11,624 nt of DNA from a virus (taxonomy: Duplodnaviria; Heunggongvirae; Uroviricota; Caudoviricetes), in the IMG/VR virus record IMGVR_UViG_2799113095_000002. The stretch is one strand, 5' to 3'. A program made the position numbers and the translations under genes. The notes beneath the pieces are model-generated. The model was not told where the DNA came from. It was given only the letters and a program-made list of their open reading frames with translations, and ran no database searches. Shown piece by piece: positions 1-5,471 of this stretch (position 1 is the stretch's first letter; each line of letters starts with the position of its first letter).

Positions 1-978
1 ATGACGGTGCGTGCAACCTCAGGACCGGCACCGCTACCGGTCCCGCGCGAGTGGCAGCCGCTCGTAGACCGTTACCGGCTCACCCTCCAGGCCGCCGGGT
101 ATCCGAAGACCACCATCGGCACCCGGATGTCCCACATGAACCGGATAGCCAGGTCCTTGGCGATACCGCCCGAGGCGGTGACACACGATCTACTCGAGGT
201 TTGGTTCGCTCACCAAACCCAGTGGGCGCAAGAGACACGGCGCGGCTATCGCACGTCGGCGACGAAGTTCTTTGGCTGGGCCCACGCGGCAGGCCATATA
301 CCGATCGACCCGTCCACGAAGCTACCGTCAGTGAAGCCGGGGCTACCCGCACCGAACCCCGCGCCTGACCGCATCTGGAAGGAAGCCCTCCTCGCGGCCG
401 ACGCCAGAACCACCGTGATGCTGCACCTCGCCTGCGGGGCCGGGCTCCGGCGGGCCGAAGTCGCACAAGTCCACACCGATGACCTCCGGGAGGGCTTCTC
501 CGGGTACCAACTGCTCGTGCACGGCAAGGGCGCCAAGGACCGCCTGATCCCGATCTCAGACGAAATCGGCGCGATGATCCTCGCCGGGCCGGGCGGCCAC
601 ACCCCCGGTCACGGCGACAGGGGATTCCTATTCCCTGGGGCGGATGGCGGCCACCTCTCCGCACGGTGGGTCGGAAAGCTCTGCGCGGCAGCGATGCCGG
701 GGGTTTGGACGATGCATAAGCTGCGGCACCGGTTCTCTACCCGCGCATACCAGCGCACCCGGAACCTCCGCGCCCTCCAGCAGCTCCTCGGGCATGCGAG
801 CGTCGCCACGACGCAGATCTACACTGCGGTCGATGACGACGAAATGCGGGAGACGATGCTCGCCGCTACTGACACCAGCCCGCGCCCTTGGACGCGGTGG
901 GCGAGCTCTGCGGCAGGAGTTGTAGTTGCGGCCAGCGCCGCGACACTAGCCAGTCATGCGGTGTCGCTAGTACCTTAA
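1..978 (+). CDS. int: Tyrosine recombinase/integrase, short XerC-like type with no arm-binding domain
   Basis: The full catalytic set is present: R150 (GLRRAE), K176 (HGKG), H239-x-x-R242 (HKLRH), H265 (LLGH), Y274 (TQIY). The N-terminal ~110 aa fit a core-binding (SAM-like) domain. The ATG is base 1 of the window, so upstream context cannot be seen. Confidence 0.93.
   Translation: MTVRATSGPAPLPVPREWQPLVDRYRLTLQAAGYPKTTIGTRMSHMNRIARSLAIPPEAVTHDLLEVWFAHQTQWAQETRRGYRTSATKFFGWAHAAGHIPIDPSTKLPSVKPGLPAPNPAPDRIWKEALLAADARTTVMLHLACGAGLRRAEVAQVHTDDLREGFSGYQLLVHGKGAKDRLIPISDEIGAMILAGPGGHTPGHGDRGFLFPGADGGHLSARWVGKLCAAAMPGVWTMHKLRHRFSTRAYQRTRNLRALQQLLGHASVATTQIYTAVDDDEMRETMLAATDTSPRPWTRWASSAAGVVVAASAATLASHAVSLVP
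971..976 (+). promoter_or_regulatory. Putative SigA -10 box (TACCTT) for a leaderless lipoprotein mRNA
   Basis: A TANNNT hexamer lies 7 nt before the ATG at 984. No Shine-Dalgarno is visible. It overlaps the last codons of int. Confidence 0.45.
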
Positions 979-983
979 CCGCT

Positions 984-1415
984 ATGGACCTGCGGAAACT
1001 CGGCTTGTGTGCGCTCTCAGCGGTGGCGCTGGCTGGATGCAGTCAGCCTGCCGGCCAAACTGCTGCCGGCGGAAGCACGGTCGTCACGTCGGTGATCGTG
1101 TCGGTACCGGCGGCGGCGCGGGAAACTGTCACCGTGACGGCGCAACCAACTTCCGTAACCCCGGAAGAGGGCGACCCTAACGACCAGGCGTTCATGGCCG
1201 TACTTGTACAGCACGACATCAACGTGGGCAGCCGCGCGCAGTCGATCGCACTGGGACACAGGGTCTGTGAGTGGTTCGAGGAGCGGCCAGACAATGACTT
1301 GGCCGCCGCCGTGAAGGGCATCGTCCAGAGCTACCCGAAGATCTCCCAGGAGCAGGCTGCACTCTTGGCTGGCGCGGCGGGCCGCGCGTACTGCCCGGAC
1401 ACTCAAATCAGGTAG
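984..1415 (+). CDS. DUF732-like lipoprotein, 143 aa
   Basis: The start is re-assigned to ATG 984 within ORF 888..1415. It has a signal peptide MDLRKLGLCALSAVALAG|C with lipobox LAGC (Cys19), a Thr/Val/Ala-rich linker (ETVTVTAQPT), and a C-terminal domain DQAFMAVL...GHRVC...AYCP with the two Cys typical of DUF732. Confidence 0.82.
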   Translation: MDLRKLGLCALSAVALAGCSQPAGQTAAGGSTVVTSVIVSVPAAARETVTVTAQPTSVTPEEGDPNDQAFMAVLVQHDINVGSRAQSIALGHRVCEWFEERPDNDLAAAVKGIVQSYPKISQEQAALLAGAAGRAYCPDTQIR

Positions 1416-1430
1416 CGCCCATAAACGACA

Positions 1431-1463
1431 AAGAGGGCCAGCCCGTAGCGGGCTGGCCCTCTT
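1431..1463. terminator. Intrinsic terminator between convergent genes, probably bidirectional
   Basis: A perfect 14-bp inverted repeat AAGAGGGCCAGCCC-gtagc-GGGCTGGCCCTCTT lies between stops at 1415 (+) and 1477 (-). The minus strand has a T-rich tail (CTCTTTGTCGTTTAT); the plus-strand tail is weak. Confidence 0.85.
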
Positions 1464-1476
1464 GCGGATCTCGGCG

Positions 1477-2664
1477 TTACCGGCGAGCTGCGGTGAGCAT
1501 CGCGTCTACCCCGGTGGCCGCGAAGTCGTTGGAGCGGTCAACGTCCTCGATCTCTTGAGCGTAGGAGGTAACCGCGTGCATCACTCCGCCAGCGGTGAGC
1601 TGGCCGCCCTTGATGAAGTGATCGAGGATGCCCTTCATTTCGTCCTGCGAGTAGGCAAGCTTCTTGCCTACGGCCTCGATGGCGCCCTGCGCGTCTTCCA
1701 GCGGAACGGTGCTGGTCTGCTCCAGCTTGGCGACGGTGCGGGTGACGTAGTCCACGTTCATGAACGAGGTGACTGCGTCCTTGACCTGCTGCTTGACCAG
1801 CTCGTTGGATGCGTCGATGGTTTCGGTGGACCATTCGATCTGTCCTTCATCGAGCTTCTTACCGAGGTGGACTTTCCGCATGGCGTCGGCGTTGATGGTC
1901 ATGCCGTTGTCGCACACCAGGACCCGCAGCTCTGGGGTGATGGTGAGTGCGCCGCCACCGGTTTCGCTGTTGGTGACGAGGAGGCCCGCGTACACCAGCT
2001 TGGGGTTCTCGGCGGCCTCGCCACCGTGGCCGGTGCCCTGGAACGGTGAGCGGTAGTTCTCCAGCAGCTTCTCCGCTTGAACGCCGTACTCGCGGGCCGT
2101 GACGCGGAGATACAGCCGGTCATCGGTGAGGTCGCAGCTGCGGATGTGGGTCTCGTTGAGACCGGCAGCCTGCATCCCGTCCAGCAGCGCGAGCACGGTG
2201 TCGAGGTTGTCGCGGATGCCGTACTTGTCCGAGAGCACCGCGCGGACGATTCCGTTCGAATCGGGGTAGAGGGGGTCGGTGCCGTAGAGGGTGCGGACGA
2301 GAACCTTCTTCTCGGGATCGGCCATGATGGCCAACTCGTTGAAGTTGGTGTCCAGCAGCTCGACGTGCTGCGCGCGCAGCTTGCGGACGTACTTGGTGGG
2401 GATGTCGAGCACGTTCCCCAGCTGAGCGTCGGCCAGTCCGGTCATGCGGAACGCGCCGTTTACCTCGGTCACCCCGCGCTCATCGATGTGGGGCTCGAAG
2501 CCGTCGAGGATGAGTTCGCCGTGCTCGAAGTGGATACGGGACATCGGGACCACGAGGTCGGCCTTGTGGGCGTGCTGGTGTTGGAGGAGTTCCACCAAGG
2601 AGGCGAGGTCGCCCCGGCGGAGGGTGCGTTGCGGGAGAGCCGGGAGGGTGGCGGGAGCGGTCAT
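1477..2664 (-). CDS. DUF932/DUF945-like phage/plasmid protein, 395 aa
   Basis: Long ORF with strong GC3 bias and SD AAAGGA 8 nt upstream. The motif LLVTNSETGGGALTITPELRVLVCDNGM matches the NSxxG...R.vC.NG signature I recognise for this family. Function unknown. Confidence 0.72.
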   Translation of the reverse strand: MTAPATLPALPQRTLRRGDLASLVELLQHQHAHKADLVVPMSRIHFEHGELILDGFEPHIDERGVTEVNGAFRMTGLADAQLGNVLDIPTKYVRKLRAQHVELLDTNFNELAIMADPEKKVLVRTLYGTDPLYPDSNGIVRAVLSDKYGIRDNLDTVLALLDGMQAAGLNETHIRSCDLTDDRLYLRVTAREYGVQAEKLLENYRSPFQGTGHGGEAAENPKLVYAGLLVTNSETGGGALTITPELRVLVCDNGMTINADAMRKVHLGKKLDEGQIEWSTETIDASNELVKQQVKDAVTSFMNVDYVTRTVAKLEQTSTVPLEDAQGAIEAVGKKLAYSQDEMKGILDHFIKGGQLTAGGVMHAVTSYAQEIEDVDRSNDFAATGVDAMLTAARR

Positions 2665-2723
2665 CTGAGCATTCCTTTCGAGTATTCAGCGAGGCAGCGA
2701 ACCATTCGCTAAACTGACTTGAA

Positions 2724-2742
2724 AAGTATAGCGCGCTTTACC
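2724..2742 (-). promoter_or_regulatory. Promoter/operator 1: -10 TATACT (2730-2725) inside palindrome GTATAGC-GC-GCTTTAC
   Basis: AAGTATAGCGCGCTTTACC is an 18/19 match to 3112-3130. It sits about 60 nt upstream of the DUF932-like start. There is no clear -35. Confidence 0.7.
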
Positions 2743-2842
2743 GACGCAGCGCTATCTTGCTGCATAAACAACTCATTTCCCCAGTTCGCATTATTGCCTT
2801 GTCCCTATTTGCCCTGAGCAGCACTCACCCAGCCACGGAGGG

Positions 2843-2865
2843 CCTGTCGCGGTAACGCGACCAGG
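2843..2865. other. Small stem-loop downstream of the HTH gene
   Basis: CCTGTCGCG-GTAA-CGCGACCAGG forms a 9-bp stem with one bulge. No U-tract follows on the minus strand. Confidence 0.45.
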
Positions 2866-2898
2866 AGGGGGTGGTAGAGGACGGAGCGGGGCCGGTGG

Positions 2899-3105
2899 TT
2901 ACCGGGTGCCGCGCCAGATCTGCCCAACGCGCTGCTTGGTCAGGCCAGCGGCCTCACCAATCTCAGGCTGGGTCAGGCCGAGGTTCTGGCCATCCTTGAT
3001 CGCTTCAATGAGCAGCGACTCAGCGCTCTCGCGGCGCGCACGACGCCGGGCGATGAGTTCCAGGTGTGCCACCTGCTCCTCGCTCAGCTTCCGCTCACGC
3101 ACCAT
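2899..3105 (-). CDS. Small helix-turn-helix DNA-binding protein, 68 aa, probable repressor
   Basis: C-terminal HTH LTQPEIGEAAGLTKQRVGQIW is preceded by a long amphipathic helix. The ATG lies 7 nt downstream of a TATACT box, consistent with a leaderless mRNA. Confidence 0.82.
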   Translation of the reverse strand: MVRERKLSEEQVAHLELIARRRARRESAESLLIEAIKDGQNLGLTQPEIGEAAGLTKQRVGQIWRGTR

Positions 3106-3111
3106 GCGGCG

Positions 3112-3130
3112 AAGTATAGCCCGCTTTACC
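3112..3130 (-). promoter_or_regulatory. Promoter/operator 2: -10 TATACT (3118-3113) inside palindrome GTATAGC-CC-GCTTTAC
   Basis: AAGTATAGCCCGCTTTACC differs from operator 1 only in the palindrome spacer. The geometry is TATACT-N7-ATG. A weak -35-like TTTGCT lies 16 nt upstream. Confidence 0.72.
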
Positions 3131-3137
3131 CATCAGC

Positions 3138-3181
3138 AAACGAACGAAGTCCGCCCCCCGGCCCGAAGGCCAGAGGGCGGA
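3138..3181 (-). terminator. Rho-independent terminator ending the late/lysis operon
   Basis: The minus-strand RNA UCCGCCCUCUGGCC-UUCG-GGCCGGGGGGCGGA is a 14-bp stem with two G.U wobbles and a C(UUCG)G tetraloop. It is followed by CUUCGUUCGUUU and lies 37 nt after the stop at 3219. Confidence 0.85.
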
Positions 3182-3218
3182 TCAACCGGGACAAGATCAG
3201 CTGAGGGCGGTCACCGCG

Positions 3219-3578
3219 TCATGTGCGGGTCTGAATACGCCGTAGCGCCACTATCAGCTTGACGAGCGCGTAGCCCAGCCCCACGTATAGGACGCCGCGT
3301 ACCTGACCCCGCCACGGGTAGTCCTGTCCCCACCACACGGAAACTGAATTCTGAGTGAGCACTAGCGACAACGCGAGGTAGATGCTCACCGTAACCCGCC
3401 CGAGAGGCCTCACCCACCACGCCGACCGAAGCACGTACAGGAGGGTGAACATCCAAGAGAACACCGCCGCCACCGTGAGCGCGACATCGGCCACGGTCTC
3501 CGGGTTCAGCCAGATCATCGGTACGAAGGCCAACGCCGCGACCACCGCCGCGTGCCGCAGGCGTACCGGGTTCCTCAT
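3219..3578 (-). CDS. Multi-pass membrane protein, 119 aa, about 4 TM, holin-like or accessory lysis protein
   Basis: The start is re-assigned to ATG 3578, which forms an ATGA overlap with the upstream stop (3575-3577). It has four hydrophobic stretches and a basic C-terminus, and is the last gene of the lysis operon. Confidence 0.75.
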   Translation of the reverse strand: MRNPVRLRHAAVVAALAFVPMIWLNPETVADVALTVAAVFSWMFTLLYVLRSAWWVRPLGRVTVSIYLALSLVLTQNSVSVWWGQDYPWRGQVRGVLYVGLGYALVKLIVALRRIQTRT

Positions 3579-3775
3579 CTTGCCAGCCTCCGTCTCATGG
3601 TTCGTTCCCACGCTTCCGCAAACCCGTTGCTCTCCATGAGCATTTCGGCGCGGCGCTCAATTTCTGCGGCCTGGTCCAACCGCTGCTGCGCGTCGTGCCG
3701 CTGCGCCAGCGCATCCTCCACCCCCGCCTCGTCCGGGCGGAGCCGCTTCCCCCACATCAGGTTTCGCCATTTCAT
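3575..3775 (-). CDS. Small helical protein, 66 aa, post-lysin accessory gene
   Basis: ATGA overlaps occur at both ends. The C-terminal NGFAEAW..MRRR resembles small proteins seen after actinophage lysis genes. Confidence 0.7.
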   Translation of the reverse strand: MKWRNLMWGKRLRPDEAGVEDALAQRHDAQQRLDQAAEIERRAEMLMESNGFAEAWERTMRRRLAR

Positions 3776-4095
3776 GGCCGCTCCTGCTGAATAGACTCAA
3801 TCGCCCTCACCGCGAGCTGCGCCGGGGCCGCGTACTTGTCCACAGCTCCAACCAGATTCTTGGTCGCTTCGCGGAGGTATTCGATCTCGTCGTCCTTGGA
3901 GGCAACGAGCCTGTCCACCGCGCCTTTCGGCACCAGACGGTCAGTCATGATCGCCCACACCACAGTGATTGCGAGGAAGAGGAACGCCCCGGCGAACATG
4001 AAATCGTCAGGGCTATTCAGGAGGGGCGACATCGGCCCGATGGCGAACATGTAATCCTCTCCGGGGCGGTTGAACAACCGCCACATCGCCCTCAT
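3772..4095 (-). CDS. Single-TM membrane protein, 107 aa (92 aa if it starts at 4050), accessory lysis or holin partner
   Basis: The ATG directly abuts the lysB stop. One TM segment (FMFAGAFLFLAITVVWAIM) is followed by RLVP and a coiled-coil-like tail. An alternative start at 4050 has SD GGAGAGG. Confidence 0.72.
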   Translation of the reverse strand: MRAMWRLFNRPGEDYMFAIGPMSPLLNSPDDFMFAGAFLFLAITVVWAIMTDRLVPKGAVDRLVASKDDEIEYLREATKNLVGAVDKYAAPAQLAVRAIESIQQERP

Positions 4096-5082
4096 CTACG
4101 CGGCCACCAGCGCTTCCAGGCGCTTGGTCGCCACGTCACGCATGTGTTTGATGCCGTACTGCCAGTACGTCATTCCTGTCCCCGGGCATTCGTTCAGGTG
4201 GTAGGTGACGTGCGGGCCGGTACCGCGAGCCACGAACAGGCCGCCGTTCCAGATGGCCTTAGCCAATGCGGGAATCTCGCGGCCGGGGTTCGTGATTAGC
4301 TCCAACAGCTGCTCTGGCACAGTGTCTTTACCGGTCCAGCGGCGGAACACCGCGTTGAAGATGGCGCGCTCCATCTCGCCGACATCACCGTCCGGGCAGG
4401 TGGTGTACAGGTCGCCGCGCTGCGCCAGGTTGATGCAGTACGACTCCTCGGCGAGTTCCAACTGCGGGTCGATCCCGTGCCCGCCGGGGTCGGTGTTGCC
4501 CGCGTAGGCCCCTGAGGGCCGCATCGGGTTACCCCAACTGGCAGCGGCAATGAAGTCCCTATACCGGGGGTGGAGGTCGCCAGCGCGGAGCCGGTTACGG
4601 ATGCGTCCGCCGACGATGCTGCCCTGGCTGTAGTCGAACATCGCGAACGGGCCGGGGCAGATGCTCCGGTCATTGATGAGGCGGAGCAACTCCGCCTCGC
4701 CCTCATTCACGGAACCGTCCATGGGTACGGCAGTCGCCGGGTAGTTTCCAACCGGCTGCCACCAGAACAGGTCCAGGCATTCCCGCGCGGCGTCCGCCGG
4801 CAGGCCGATACCGAATGGGTCCGCCTGCCCTGTCCCGTGGATGGAGAACAAGGTCGGGAAAATACCGAGGCGGTGCAGGTCTGCATCCGTGACCACACCC
4901 GTCTGGGGTTGTCCGGTGCGGCTCTGGTATTCGCGCTGCACCTTGTCGTCGTCGTAGCCGAAATACGAGTCCACCTTCAACGTGCTGCCGTCCGCCGAGA
5001 GCGCGTATCCCCGGTATCGGTTGACCATCGTCTTCTGCCAGGCCGCAGTGACGAGGCCGTTCGATCCGACCTTGAGTGGCAT
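4096..5082 (-). CDS. lysB: Lysin B (mycolylarabinogalactan esterase) with an N-terminal peptidoglycan-binding-like domain
   Basis: The N-terminus LKVGSNG..W...VDSYFG...VQREYQ...TGVV is PG-binding-like. The cutinase-like domain has nucleophile motif DYSQG, GNPMR, GDLYT (Asp) and GPHVTY (His). Its position in the lysis cassette agrees. Confidence 0.9.
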   Translation of the reverse strand: MPLKVGSNGLVTAAWQKTMVNRYRGYALSADGSTLKVDSYFGYDDDKVQREYQSRTGQPQTGVVTDADLHRLGIFPTLFSIHGTGQADPFGIGLPADAARECLDLFWWQPVGNYPATAVPMDGSVNEGEAELLRLINDRSICPGPFAMFDYSQGSIVGGRIRNRLRAGDLHPRYRDFIAAASWGNPMRPSGAYAGNTDPGGHGIDPQLELAEESYCINLAQRGDLYTTCPDGDVGEMERAIFNAVFRRWTGKDTVPEQLLELITNPGREIPALAKAIWNGGLFVARGTGPHVTYHLNECPGTGMTYWQYGIKHMRDVATKRLEALVAA

Positions 5083-5471
5083 CAGTTGCCCGGCAAGATC
5101 TGGTCGAGTGCCTGCTTCGCCAGCGGGCCGACACCGGGAACGCTGCCGAACGCGTCAGTGGCTACCTTCTTCACACGGTCGAGGTCAGCCTGCGCTTGCG
5201 CAGCTGTGTCGATCAGCACGGGGATACCGTTGAGGACTTGGTCCACGGGTGAGGCAGCCGCGTCGTGGATTCCCTTCTTGAGCTGCTTGCCCAAGATGAC
5301 GCCCGCCGTACCGGAACCGACAGCGCCGATCAGGGTGCCGAGGGTGACCACGAGGTTGTTCCATTGGCCCCCTTGGTCGGTGCTCAGGACACCGAGCGCA
5401 ATCAGGATCGGCACCACTGCGCCAACCAGGCCGGAGAACAGGTAGTAGTACTGGCGAATCTTGTCGGTCAT
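5082..5471 (-). CDS. Holin, 129 aa, 2 TM
   Basis: Two N-terminal hydrophobic helices precede a soluble tail. The gene lies between lysA and lysB with ATGA and TGATG overlaps. Confidence 0.8.
   Translation of the reverse strand: MTDKIRQYYYLFSGLVGAVVPILIALGVLSTDQGGQWNNLVVTLGTLIGAVGSGTAGVILGKQLKKGIHDAAASPVDQVLNGIPVLIDTAAQAQADLDRVKKVATDAFGSVPGVGPLAKQALDQILPGN

Noticed and set aside
888-983. Longer start for the lipoprotein given by the ORF track
   Set aside because: It overlaps int by 91 nt and buries the signal peptide. ATG 984 gives a canonical lipoprotein N-terminus.
1462-2712. Plus-strand ORFs of 195 and 211 aa opposite the DUF932-like gene
   Set aside because: They are antisense shadows caused by high-GC codon bias, with no motifs or plausible starts.
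2738-2791. 17-codon minus-strand ORF MRTGEMSCLCSKIALRR upstream of the DUF932-like gene
   Set aside because: Its SD is weak, it lies upstream of the predicted TSS and runs into the operator, and an ORF this short is expected by chance.
3140-3153. CGAAC-GAA-GTCCG resembling a LexA SOS box
   Set aside because: The spacer is 3 nt rather than the 4 nt of TCGAAC-N4-GTTCGA, the arms mismatch, and the sequence is explained as the terminator tail.
4570-5445. 291-aa plus-strand ORF opposite the holin and lysB
   Set aside because: It is fully antisense to well-supported lysis genes and has no recognisable domain.
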